A stretch of 43,731 bases of DNA, the filler included, from Jimgerdemannia flammicorona (taxonomy: Eukaryota): the NCBI GenBank assembly GCA_003990765.1. It is 2 parts of 2 records of this genome, joined end to end, with 100 filler letters (N's around TTAATTAATTAA, not from the genome) between each part and the next. Parts side by side here need not be neighbours in the genome. Positions count along the whole stretch, not along the records: positions 1 to 21,818 come from RBNJ01001386.1; 1 more part is not named here. One strand, 5' to 3'. Each line of letters begins with the position of its first letter. The first letter of the stretch is position 1. Below, in pieces: positions 1 through 11,899 of the stretch. The notes beneath the pieces were generated by a model, which searched no databases, was not told the origin of the DNA, and saw only the letters and a program-made list of their open reading frames with translations. Position numbers and translations under genes: made by a program.

Positions 1-125
1 GGCTATCTATCCTTACTCGGGCAGGGCCCTAGACCACGGACAAATCGCATTAACATAATGCAGGTCCTAATGACCACGCTCCGTGTAGGCCCTACGACCA
101 CGATGTAAGCTCATCTAATTTCTTT

Positions 126-618
126 GGGCCGGGTTCTTCGAACTGACCGATGCAACGCATTCGAGACAGAACTTTCCTCATGCACGCATTCGCCCAATAC
201 ACAAACATATATTCATCCAATTTATTATTCACGAAGGGACGGGAGGGTTGGGTTCGGAAGAGTAAGACGGGGATTTAAATACATGTCGCACGATTACCTG
301 ATTAAGGAATCCGAGTACTCGGACATCTGTATATATAGTGTAGACAACCATTCATCCTTCTGCTTTCACTTTCGCTTCGCTTGCACTGTCGTTCCGCTTC
401 AAATGCATAGACATTACTTCGCAATTTCACACCCTCCCACCTCCCTCGGATACACTCCTTGTTGGGTTCTTAGTGAACTGACCAATGCATCGCATTCGAG
501 ACAGTCTTCCTCACGCAGGCATTTGCCCAAATACAAACATTCAAACCAATTATTCTTAACTATCGGATAGGGAGGTGGTTGGCGGGCATCAACTAGATCA
601 AGCGAGAAGGGATTTAAT
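126..618. repeat. Imperfect direct duplication of ~150 bp (copy 1 ~126-280, copy 2 ~461-618)
   Basis: GGGTTCTT..GAACTGACC(G/A)ATGCA(A/T)CGCATTCGAGACAG..CTT(T)CCTCA(T/C)GCA(C/G)GCATT(C/T)GCCCAA..ACAAACAT is seen twice, each copy followed by GGGAGG..GG(T)T..GGGATTTAA. Confidence 0.75.
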
Positions 619-986
619 TTATTGTCCAGCTTAGCTTAGCTCGGATTCAGTTAATGTTCGCTAGTCTCAGCGCGCTATGCAGCAGTCGTCGTTTTCTTTG
701 CCGTCCAACCTAGCACATAGTCGTACGATATTTAGCAATTAGTCGTTAGTAATTTTGTATCTTTAGTTTGCGTGTCCACCCACTTTCGCATTGTCGGGCC
801 ATGAGAAGCGCATGCTTTCATATGGCCAAACCCTACATTTATTTCGCGACCACTTATATCGTTTTATGCGACGTGACACTTTGTGGTTCGTTTTGTTTCA
901 CGACTTCATTTGTGGCACCTCAGATTTCACATTTCCACATTTTATACCTTAGCCCAGCAGCTTACCTTCCTTTCACTCAATACAAC

Positions 987-1520
987 ATGGGTAACATATC
1001 CTCTAGCCGCCATGCCGCAAAACGACGGTCCCGCTCACCTCCTGAAGATGAGGTATCCCGCCTTAGCCCTATGATGAAGGTGTACGGTGTGTTCATAGCG
1101 CGCTTCATCCAGATAATCCACGACCGCGTCCTGGTGAAGAACCGAAAACGCTGGGGCAGCTCTGTGGTGCTTGATTTGCGGTTCCCGAACTCGGAACCGG
1201 AGAGGCTGGTGGCGGCCACGGCAAAGGGTCCCGCGGACAATAGGAACCGAAAGGAGATGTTGAAAAAGCTTAAATCTGTGGAGCGCGGCGCCTGCGACCA
1301 TCTGGACTGGGCAACCTTCTGGAACTTCATCGAAAACCGGTTTGACCAGACCAAGGAGGAGTTCGAAAGATTCAAGTTGGAGCTGATGACAACGGTTAAT
1401 AGGGGCCAGCTCAGTATGGATCACGTCATTACAAAGGCGAATCCTACGGTGTACTGGCCTTCGAAGGACCCTGACATGCGCTTAATTCGCTTTCAACTTC
1501 AATTCCACGACTTCGAATAG
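987..1520 (+). CDS. Hypothetical 177-aa protein (MGNISSSRHAAKRR...QFHDFE) with putative N-myristoylation motif
   Basis: ATG at 987 in good context (tacaacATGG) inside ORF 768-1520; GC3-rich, CpG-retaining coding-like composition; a degenerate paralogue at 2594-2881 starts at the homologous ATG and ends with the same GACTTCGAATAG. Confidence 0.7.
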   Translation: MGNISSSRHAAKRRSRSPPEDEVSRLSPMMKVYGVFIARFIQIIHDRVLVKNRKRWGSSVVLDLRFPNSEPERLVAATAKGPADNRNRKEMLKKLKSVERGACDHLDWATFWNFIENRFDQTKEEFERFKLELMTTVNRGQLSMDHVITKANPTVYWPSKDPDMRLIRFQLQFHDFE

Positions 1521-2593
1521 ACATTTTGCATTATAAGCAAGGTTAGTAGTGGAATTCAAATTGAATCATAATCAACTCACATTATGTCCATATGTCTATG
1601 CTGTATTCGTACCGTTCGACGTTCCCGCGCTAATTTCTTTCACTTAAATTTTCTGGTATTTCTTATATGCAACAAACGCAAAGTCGTTGACTAGGAACTG
1701 GAACGTGCGCAATATATGATATTACCTATGAATCGTTATGTCTATGGGCCTCGCACTGGAAGCGCTATGTTAATTTAGGTAAAACCTGATAATATTGCCA
1801 ATTTTATGCTTCAATAACGAATGACAAGGTTATGATGATGGTTGGAAATGACGACGAAAGAGTAAATGATGGCAGCCTGTTATTTCAAACTAAAGTCATA
1901 GTTCTCAAGGGTTGTCCAAGGGCTATATTTCTGGTACAACCTTGCAGTTCGGCTTGCCTTGTATCGATTTTATATAAATTCTCTTATGCAGGAGCTCTTG
2001 TATGAATATTCTGGTACAATTCTCTTGTATGGCATGGCAGTTTGGGTTGGCGCGCCCCTCCAGTTTGGTTGCTGTCAATTCAATTTGACATATTTGGCCA
2101 ACCCGAAAATCCGCAAATGAATTTTCGGAATCTGGTTTGAAGTCCGATCAATATCCCTACTCGTGGGTCAAATCAGGTCGGGTTTGACTGTAGAACACAA
2201 CTACATACTGGTTTTCCGAGTGTATGTGATGTGCTTTCTAAGTGAACTCAATTCTCCTGACTCTTCCCTGACTTCATGGTTTAGCTGTCCTTGTGTTATC
2301 CTTTTGGCCCCTATTTTTCAAAGTGTCACTATAGCCATTAAAGGAGGAGACCGAAATATTGAACGTCATCCACGAATTCGCAATTTATTCATTCGTTTTG
2401 TTTTCTCTTTGAAGTTGCGAAGGATCGGCCACTATGGTTCAGGAAGAAAGAAGCACTTTCCGCTGTAGATGTTTGAATTTTATTGGCGTTCATATTTCGA
2501 ATTTAAGGGCTTTTAGCAGTCTACGTTATATGAGTTTCATTGCCGTACAATGTAATGAAAAAACTTAGATTTCACATTTTCACCAAATCCAAT

Positions 2594-2881
2594 ATGGGTA
2601 ATAAATTCTCCTGCCGTCGTGATGCAAACGTTGGTGCCGCACATCTCCTGAAGATAAGGTATCCCGTCTTAGCGGTTTGCGGTGTGCACATAGCGCGCTT
2701 CATTCAAGAAGATCCACGACAGCGTTCTAGTGAAGAAAAAACGCTGGGGCAGCCTCGTTTTGCTTGACTTGCGGTTCCGGAACTCCGAACCGGAGAGCCG
2801 GGTCAGCGTGGTCCACATCGTTGCAGAGGCGGATTCCTCACCTAAACATGTGCTTGATTCGGAGTCATTGACTTCGAATAG
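2594..2881 (+). pseudogene. Frameshifted, internally deleted paralogue of the 987-1520 gene
   Basis: ATGGGTAATAAATTCTCC...; pieces in different frames encode MGNKFS, GVHIARFIQ and KKRWGSLVLLDLRFRNSEPE; shared upstream AGATTTCACATTT and shared terminal GACTTCGAATAGACA. Confidence 0.8.
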
Positions 2882-3059
2882 ACAATTTGTTGTGGAACAA
2901 AAGTTAATTAACTAATATATGATATTACGAACAATATGCACTACTTCATGCCTACTTAGGTCCCTATGTGCAACGAATCCAATGGGTTAATTTACACATG
3001 GATAGTATATGATCTAAAAGCATCATGCCAAAACCTTCTATGTTTCTACGAAGTAAGTT

Positions 3060-3185
3060 CGTCATCGTCGTTTCCGTCCGTCGTCATTTTGCAAGCCGTC
3101 ATCAGTTTGCAATCCATGGTTGCCGTTACTTTGCAGTCTGTCACCGCCGTTTTGCAGTCAATCCATCGTTTTGCAGTCCGTCATT
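3060..3185. repeat. Imperfect short tandem repeat (~18-24 bp units, core GTC..TTTGCA(G/A)TC)
   Basis: Five TTTGCAAG/TTTGCAAT/TTTGCAGT cores spaced about 18-24 nt apart. Confidence 0.55.
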
Positions 3186-3390
3186 ATTGTTTTGTGTGTC
3201 AAAATCATCACGTTCCTTGACCCCCTTTGATAATTCTTTTCCCACACTGCAGAGTATGGAAATTTCTGTGGGGTTGCATGTGAAAATATGATTTGGATCT
3301 GAAACAACGTGACTTATAATTCTATAATTATGTTGTACAAATCCCAGAAACACGGTCAAAGACCGACAACGTCAAGCACGCCGATTCCCG

Positions 3391-3825
3391 GATGGACGAG
3401 GCGCCGAAGGCGCCGAAGTCTGTCCCAGACTTTGCGAGCTTTGTGGAGGACCGTGAAGAGTTGGTTTCTGCCATCCTGAAAGCGTTGGCGTGCTTTATTT
3501 TGTCTTAAACATGGTGTATACATGCGAATTTTCATCTATCTAAGACATATGTATGAGACATTTCATGTAGTAATAAAAGAACGTCCCGGCTCCCACGGAG
3601 TCCCTTAGCCCAGAAAGCTTGGAATGTGAGCCAGGGAAACCCCTGAAGGGAAGGAAAAAAACGCTGGCAGGCGGAGAAAAAAACGCCACCGGAGAGTAGA
3701 AAAGAAGTGAAATATCCCAAGAAATGAAAAGGGTCGGAAAAGGGTGGGAAACCAACTCTTCACGGTCCTCCACAAAGCTCGAAAAGTTTGGGACAGACTT
3801 CGGTGCCTACAGCGCCTCGTCCATC
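3391..3825. repeat. 78-bp inverted repeat (3391-3468 vs 3748-3825): DIRS right-end extension and internal complementary region (ICR)
   Basis: The reverse complement of 3391-3468 matches 3748-3825 with 5 mismatches in 78 nt; the pair lies immediately 3' of the YR ORF. Confidence 0.85.
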
Positions 3826-3857
3826 TGTGACTAAGCATCACTTTGTTCTGGACTGTT

Positions 3858-4354
3858 TCAGAGTTGGTTGTTCATAGATTGGATGCAAGCAGAGTGTCTG
3901 GCTGGGGCCCCGCCCCAGGCTGACACCTTGCCCTTGCATTTGAGGACCATGTAAATGAGAGAGGTGGCCCTCACCAAATGGGAGAGGATGGGTGTCCAAT
4001 GGTGTAGTTGATAATGGTGCTCAAATGTAGGCTTCAAGCTCCAGTTTCTACTTTTGAGAACCTCATCCATTGAGGTGTCTCCTTCTAAAGCCTCAGTAGT
4101 GGATTCAGCCCAAACAGAGTGAGGGTAATGGGAGGAGTTGATGTCTGCTGCTGCTATACATTTCAAGAATCAGTTCCAGAGGCAGTCAGGCATAAGGTTG
4201 TAGTGAGGGGAGTGTGTGCTGGTGAAAAGGCAATCCCCCTTGACTGCAGAATAGAAGGGTATGATTTCTTATATCTATCAAAAAGTCCAGTAAACTGAGT
4301 ATAGATTGACATCCTCCTTGAGGGCTGGAATGGGGTGAGAGACCTTGGTGGCAT
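3858..4354 (-). pseudogene. Tyrosine recombinase (DIRS YR) C-terminal fragment
   Basis: ORF 3858-4166 carries degenerate H-x-x-R (HSVW), W-S and T-F..Y catalytic-region motifs of DIRS YRs. Confidence 0.75.
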
Positions 4355-7096
4355 TATCAGAAGTACACTCCTTTATCATGTCTATAGTCAAAACCATTTC
4401 TGTGAACTAGTCTATCTGTCTACTGTAAAAATTGATAGAGGTGCAGCATTTGATAAAATTGCTCACTACTCTCTAAGAGATACAAAGGGCTAGAAGAGTA
4501 TGTATCTTCTTACTATAGAGGACTCTCTATTTGATAATAACACAGGGGCTCAGGAAAGCCAGTCACTGAATAAGAGTGGTAACATCCTATCTTATAGCCT
4601 TGTCTTTTGAGAGTAAAGAATAGAGGTTCATAGTACTATAGAGCAGATAAAAGAGTAAAAAAATGAATCTCATTTTACTAAGAACATTCAGTAACTGATA
4701 GCAGTATAAATATCTCTTAGCTACTACATACTTATCTCTTTTCAGAAAAGTTGAAGTAGATAGATATATTATTTAAAAGATATATATAAGAGATCAAGAG
4801 ACTATCAATGATACTAATAGATAAGTGCTAGATATCAACTTATAGTTTTTGTAAGATGATAATCTGATGCTTATCAGGATAAGTTAGTAAGTCTGTGGTA
4901 CTAGTGAGGTAGCAGTATCTAAAGATTACTACTGACTTATTATATTAAAGTATTCTATCTTATTTTCAGATTATTATTTTAGTCAGTATTGTTGTCAATA
5001 GATAATGAAGAAAGAGAATTGATAGAGCAGTTACTATCTAAAGAAGTTTGGACCACCAACTCTGATGTTTTCAAAATGATATAATTAGGATGAGATAGTT
5101 GTACTTATTCTTTATAATCTTATAAAAAGTATAGTTGAGAAGAATTTAGAGAGGGTTGACATATATTTTAGATATTGGCCAAGTATATTAGAAGATATTA
5201 GTCTCTAATGTATTAGGGTCTGATCACCAGCTATAGAATATGGAGGTCTGGGTAGTTATCTATATAATAAATAGATCTAAATAGAGAGGACTCCACTGAT
5301 AGAGATGGTGAAATAGGATAGATTGAAGTTATCAATCATTAGATTCTAGATAGATATAACTGAGAAGGTCTGCCTATATATTTTCTATTCTAGAGAGATA
5401 TTTGGCAAAGAGACAAATCTTTCTTATTATATATATATATAGTATTCTCAGATAGTAATATTATTCAGATAGTAAATCAAGTCTCTTTATTTATTAATGA
5501 AGGCCCTTATTGTCATATTGTCTATATATATCAGAACTATATAGCTCTCTCAGAAATATTAATTAATCTGAATAGTAAAGAGTAATATTTTGAGCTTATA
5601 ATAGTTGATAGAGGAGCCCTATTCTAATGGGGTCTATAAGCCCTATATCTGGTATAGTGCCCTTCCAATAAGATAATAATCTTGAAACTCTAACCCAGAT
5701 TACATTTATCCATTTTGACTATAATCTTGACTATTTTATCTCAAAGGTTTATGAGACCACTAACTTGGTTCTGCCCAGACTATTGAGAAGATAGTTATGA
5801 GATTATTCTAGTTATTATATAATATCTAAGAGGTAGTATGAATATTCTGAATGAGGGCTCAGACCCAGAACTTAACTAGAAAGACTATCTATATTATAGA
5901 ATTATAGAGGTCAATCAGTAAAACTGCCTTATATATAGAAACTGCAGTAGTCTAATAAAGTATAGCTATAGTCTCTCTATATATCTTATATATCATATTC
6001 AGAGGAAGACATAGTTCTATCTTAATAGTATTGATCAGAAACTTCAGAAATATCTTCTACTGTATGGGTTTCTAATTATACTTCATGAGATAAAGAAGAA
6101 AGCCCAATATCTCTAGATAGTCCTGAATGATCTATCCATAAAATGTAAATAACCTTATCTCATGAGTAGGTTAGGAGACAAATATTATCAATATAGTAAG
6201 TAAGGTAAATACTATATTCTAATAGGGATACTAGAACTGCTGTTATTATCTTGATCTATATCTGAGATATAGATAATAAGCTTAAGGATATTATCTGAAA
6301 TTTTCCAATTGATTAACTATCAGTAAAAGACTAGGAGATATTGATCAGTAAGATAAAGAGAGATATAAAGAGGGGCATCTTTGATATTAATTTTAACTAA
6401 GTAATTACTAGGTTAGACTATATATCATAGAGTTTAAATATATACCTTCTATCTTGAAGTATAAATACTTTATAAACTTGTTTAGTAAATATGTCTCAAT
6501 ATATAGATAAAAAGATAGCAGCTTTGACTGATCAATTAATCATGCTTATCTTATGTAAGCTCTCTGTCTTAGTATTAAAATAAACAACCTTACAAAAGAT
6601 CTCTATCTCATACTATTTGAAGATAAAGCAGACTAAGTAATAATATTTATAAGATAAATTGATATCAATTATTATACTAATAGATGGAATAATAATTGAA
6701 TCCCAGACAGTATTCTCAATAATAATAAGTATTATAAGATTAAAGATCTCTATACAACTACAGGTTGATAAGTAGAAAAAGTTATTATCTATTTTATAGG
6801 TACAACTGCTCAGTAGTAGTACAATCTTTCAGTGTACCCTCTCATTTGGAAAATCTATACTGAAATCAATATAAGTAAAAGAGTTAGTGATTACTCTAAC
6901 TATAAAGTCTACCCAGTTACTATAGCTGATGATCTATAGTTCTATAACTCTGTTTATATATAATAAATTATTATATATATATATCTACAAATCTTTAGAA
7001 ATTCTGATAGAAATTTCTATGAAAATTCTTATAGAAATTCCTATGAAATTTTTAACTAATAGTCACAGTTATCTAAAGTAGTATAACTATATATAG

Positions 7097-8622
7097 TGTC
7101 ACATAGTGGTCGCTGAGTCCTTCAAATATACCAGATTCTCTTCAAGGTATATCTCTTAGACTAACTCAAGTTTGTTATAAGCAAGTTCTTATTGGAGTGC
7201 CTTCCCAAGGTCTTATAGTCCTCAAACTTCTTATCTTTAAACTATCTTGTTATCTCTTAGATTGCTTGCAAGAAAGTATGTGTAATGCACTGAGAGGAAC
7301 TAACTTTATTTCAGAGGAAATAAGAGGGATATTTATACAAAATATAATCCAATAGTTGCTAAGATATAAAGCTAAATATAAATTCCAATAACTAAAACTA
7401 CTAAGTTCTAGAGTCAGTACTGATGGTTGTATAGGTTCAGGATGCTGGTATAATTCAGTATCACATCAGAATACTGGTGCTGGTATTATTTAGTATTACA
7501 TCAAAATACCAGTGCTGGAACAATTTTGTATCACCTCAGAATGCCAGTGCTGATATTATCCAGTGTAACAAGGGACTTAGAGCAGAATGTTCAAAATCAT
7601 GGAGGCTTCATCCTCATCATCAGAGGTTAGGATATCTTCAAAGGAGATGAGGTCTGTAAACATTTTGTCAAGATTGCATAGGTCACATGGGATGATATTA
7701 TTGCTAATAATGTCATCACATTTGGTGATGGGGAAATCAGGGGCTCTCCAATCTATGAGGTTCTTTTCCACAAAATAAGAAACAAATGTGGGGTCTTGGA
7801 GAGGTCTAACCTGGATGCTTGGGTCTTGGAATACTGAGATCAATCCTTACAGGAATTGGTCTTGGTTACCCTGAAGGATGGGATGCTAGAAGTCTTCTAC
7901 TTCATCACTATTGAGGGTGATAGTGGACTGGGCTTCTGTAGCCACTCTGGCTTCTAGTGTATTGATATGGCAGGATGACAGGTCTCTGAAATCTGAGACT
8001 CTAATATACTCTAAGTTAGGGATTGACCATGGTGTATGCTTGAAGATCTGATGGATCTTCTTAGTCATTCTTGCCTTATATATATCTATGGGAGTGGCAT
8101 CTTGTAGATCTTGGGGGCTGGCCTGTGGGAACTCCCAGCAGAGGAGGTTTTCTATTTTATACTCCTGCTATATTTAGAGGCATTCGGTAGCAATGGGGAT
8201 TCTGGTTTCCATTTCATGGTAGTAGAGGATATAGTGATAAGAGTCACCAGTACCCAGGTTGATACTAGGAGTCCTTCTTGAGTGGGTCCTCATAGCTCTT
8301 CTGATGTCTTGGAACATCCTTTCTTCAACCGAGGTGCCTCAGTGATTCCTTGACCTTGAGGTTTGGCAGGCAGCAGGCATTTCATTTGTAGTAAGTCTTT
8401 GGGCTATTTTGGGATTGGTGGGTCTTATTGGTTGCTGTTACTGCAGTTCCTTGATCTTTCTTTTATATTCCTCAAGATACTCATACTGTGGTCACAATGA
8501 TTCACAGTTGATCATCATTACTCATCTCATATGCTGTATGATCTCCTTATGCTCCAATATGGTGGCTTATAAGGAAAGGCTGTCTCCTGTACTGATGTTA
8601 TCATTCTGAGATCACTGTTACA
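7097..8622 (-). repeat. 3' LTR of Ty3 element 1 (start at 8622 inferred from PPT)
   Basis: Minus strand reads AGGAGGAAGA|TGTAACA at 8632-8616 (polypurine tract plus TG start) and ends TGACA at 7097; only 7097-7376 can be confirmed against the truncated 5' LTR. Confidence 0.6.
7440..7570. repeat. ~34-36 bp imperfect tandem repeat (about 4 units) inside the LTR
   Basis: Recurrent GTGCTGG(T/A)A..ATT..GTAT(C/T)AC.TCA(G/A)AAT units. Confidence 0.65.
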
Positions 8623-9259
8623 TCTTCCTCCTAAATAAGGATCTTCTCGAGTGTCCTTGTTCATTGGTCCAGTCCTGAAAAATTTGCTGATCCCATAACA
8701 TCTGACAAGGAGTTAAAAAGTAGTGTTTATAAGCTAGTGTCTTCTCTTTATATTTTGGCATGATGGTGGAGAGTCACTCCTTTCATATCCCTTTGACTGT
8801 TTTGTACCTATATTTAGAGGCAAGATTTTAAAAGTTTATAACTTTTAAAATCATAATAGCTTTTAAAAAAAATTTTACCAATAATATTTTATATAATAAT
8901 TCTACTTTTGGTAAAAATTTTATATAAAAAAAAAAATTTGTTTTTAAACAAATTGAGATATATTTTTAACAGAAAAACAATGTTTCAAAAAATCATTTTT
9001 TTCAAACTTTAATTTGTCTGCTAAATGATTTTAAAAGACGATCTTATCTACAGACAAAGGGATAGAGCAAGGGCCTGATTCTGATCTTGACCAATTAGTT
9101 GACAGTTCGAACTCCTCTGATTTCAAAAGTCTCACAGATGTGTAGTTGCCAGTGCCATATCCCTTAGAGAATAGTCCAGACAGATAGCCTACTGGTCACA
9201 GGACATGCTGTTATGATTTGTGGACTAGAATCTCATGGGCAGTCATCACATTTTGCTTC

Positions 9260-10459
9260 TCTTGTATAGGTTCATGATACTTCTTGAGTCTATTCCTATG
9301 TACTGTGGTAGGCAGTATGGTTCCTGAGATTTTTCTGAGCCAGAAGGTGGTTCTCTTGATATCTTGTACATAGAAGGGTCCTTTCCATTCGGGCTCCAGT
9401 TTTCATGACCATGAGGCTTCTACCATATTTTGATACAGTAGAATCTTTTCTCCAATTCGGATGAGTTCTAGGGCCTTGTGATTCTTTTTCACATTCTTCC
9501 TTGTCAGCACTTGTAACTTGATGATATAATCTTCAGCCTTCTTCCTAATTTGGTGTAGTCTCTGGATTTCTGCATCAACCCATCTCCAAGTTAGGTCTAG
9601 ATTTGTGGCTGAGGTTCCATCAGAATCTTCTTCTCTGAAGAGCAGCTCCCTTGGGGTAAAGTGTGTGCTCTGTGACCATATATCTCATAGAATAGAGAGG
9701 GTAGTTGGGAGATAGTTATCCCAATTCTCATATGTCTCTGAGATCTTTGCTAAGATATTCTTGAGGGTCTTGTTGGTTCTCTCTATTTGTTCATTTCCTT
9801 GAGGGTGGTATGTGGTGGTCTTGATGTGCTAAATCTTGTATTTCTGATATATTACCTTATGAAATCCATTAACAAATTCTGTATCATGGTCTGTTGTAAT
9901 TTGCTTTGATATCTGGTAGCAGCAGATGATTTCTTGGTGCAGGAAGTCAGCTATAGAGAGGGCATTGGCTTCTTGTAATGCTTTTGCCTCTATCTATTTG
10001 GTGAAGAGGTCTACAATAACTATAATATAGCAGTTTCCTGATAGTGTTACTGGTAGTGGCCCAATGATATCCATTGTGATGTGGTGGAAGGGAATAGGCT
10101 CAATTCTTGATGACCTGGGTGCTTGGTCTTACTGATCTTGTTTCTGTTTTTGGCACTTGTCACACCCTTTGACAAATTGGCACAGATCTTCTTCTATCTT
10201 GGGCCACCACATGGTTTTTCTTACCCTTGTCATATGTATTGGTTCCTCTTAGGTGTCCTTACTCATGTACTTCCTTCATTACTTGATACTTCTTGTAATC
10301 AGGTATTACTAGCTTTCCTCCTTTTCTGAGTGTATTATTATCTAGTTTAAACTGTTTCCAAGTCCAGTTGATGATGGTGATTGTCCAGGGTATGAGGTGG
10401 TTGGGTATCTTCTGCTGCCCAAGGTAGCTGATTAATCTATAGTATAGCTCCTTATTCAT
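9260..10459 (-). pseudogene. Ty3 integrase (zinc finger, core, GPF region), disrupted
   Basis: LVIPDYKKYQVMKEVHE followed by C..CQ, DIIGPLPVT, TTYHPQGN and WKGPF on the minus strand, with stops. Confidence 0.85.
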
Positions 10460-10499
10460 GTTGAATAGTCTTGATGGGGTGTCCTTGAGAGTGTATCAG

Positions 10500-10900
10500 C
10501 ATTAGTGTTGGTTCTTCCTGAGTGGTGCTTGACAGTACAGTCATACTCTTGCAGTCTGTAGATCTATCTGATATATAAACCTTTGGAGTTTAGGGTGTGG
10601 AATAGCCAGGCAAGGGCAGAATGGTCTGTTTGAATGGTGAAGTGTTTTCCAGCTAGGTAGTAGTGGAACTTATCTACTGCCCAAACTACTGCTAAGCATT
10701 CAAGCTTACATGACTCATAGTTCTGTTCTGCTCTATGGGTACCTTGGCTTGCATAGGAGATGACATATTTATGTCCATCTTTCTTCTGAGCTAGGACTGC
10801 TTCAAGTCCTATAGCACTTGTATATATCTGTAGGATGAATTCTAGGTTCCAGTCTGGTCTTCTGAGGATAGGTGCTTGGGTCAACCTGGTCTTGAGTTTA
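10500..10900 (-). pseudogene. Ty3 RNase H
   Basis: ORF 10564-10884: APILRRPDW..FILQ..GLEAVLAQ..VISYAS..NY..KLECLAVVWAVDKFHYYL.GKHFTIQTDHSAL. Confidence 0.92.
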
Positions 10901-10926
10901 TTGAAGGTTTCTTGGCACTCCTTGGT

Positions 10927-11676
10927 CTATTCAAATTTTGTTTCCTTCTTCAGTAGCTTGTAGATAGATGCTACAATATTGGAGTATCCTTTGATGAATC
11001 TTCTGTAGTAGCTGGCCAGTCTAAGGAAGACATAGACTTCTGTGGTTGTTCTGAGTCTTGGGTAGGCTGCAATAGCCTCGATCTTCATGGGGTCTGTGTG
11101 GATTCTGGTCTGATTGATGAGGTGTCCTAGGTAGGCAATTTTCTGAGCTACAAACTTACATTTCTTGGGCTTAATATAGAGGATATGCTCCTTGAGCTTC
11201 TTGAGGGCTAGCTGTATGTGATTGACATATTTCCATGTAGTGTTGCTGAAGATGATCACATCATCAACATAGACAAAGAGCCATTTTCCAATCTTATTAC
11301 TGAAGACTCTGTTCATCATTTGCTGAAAACTTGCTGGGGCATTGCACATTCCAAATGGCATTTGTAGGTAGATATAGGTGGTATTAGGTATGATGAAAGC
11401 TGATTTCTTACTGACATCTTGAGTGAGACCAATCTGATAGAAGCCTGAGAACAGATCCAAGATGGTGTAGTATTTGGCTTTGCTTCTAAGGGTGGTAAGG
11501 ATTTCTTGAATATTTGGCAAGGGCTGCCTATCCTTCTTGGTAATGGCATTGAGCTTTCTGTAATCAATGCAAAGTCTTGGTACAAACTCTCCAGACTTGC
11601 TTCCTTTCTTTGGAGCAAGGACAATAGGTGAGGCCCAGGGGCTGATAGCTTGCTTGATGATTCTGACTTCTTCCAT
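10927..11676 (-). pseudogene. Ty3 reverse transcriptase
   Basis: SPWASPIVLAPKK, RLCIDYRKLN, LDLFSGFYQI, MPFGMCNAPASFQ, YVDD, KCKF..YLGH, SYYRRFIKGYS. Confidence 0.95.
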
Positions 11677-11899
11677 TTCCTTGAGTTCTGCTTGCAGCCA
11701 TTCTCTGTAGACAGGTGGTATGGGTCTGGCTTTCTAGTAGATGGGCTTGGTATCATCAGTGGCAACCTCATGGTAGTACTTGGGTTCTTGATTGTGGATA
11801 TCCCTAAAGTCTATAGTAAGTACTCCTTTGTTCTGGTGCAGGATCTTGAGAAGTTGTTCCTCCAGAGGAAAGTTTTCTCCGATGGTATATGTGTGCTTG

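Larger units (their letters stand above)
3374..7096 (-). mobile_element. Decayed DIRS1-like tyrosine-recombinase retrotransposon (RT-RNaseH-N6A-methyltransferase-YR), 5' end lost at the Ty3 LTR
   Basis: YR C-terminus HSVWAESTTEALEGDTSMDEVLKSRNWSLKPTFEHHY resembles HSTR..S......I..I...A.WS...TF..FY (ORF 3858-4166); MT remnant WSPLYLDLF..FYSW.SDP..W..YVNP at ~5130-5310; RT remnant resembling FGLS.APRIF near 5835-5870; terminal inverted repeat pair typical of ICR and right end. Confidence 0.8.

Noticed and set aside
768..986. N-terminal extension of the 250-aa ORF from a TTG start
   Set aside because: Non-ATG start in a eukaryote; coding homology with the paralogue begins at ATG 987.
3060..3185. 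Short repeats as a possible CRISPR array
   Set aside because: Degenerate tandem units without unique spacers, in a eukaryotic context with no cas genes.
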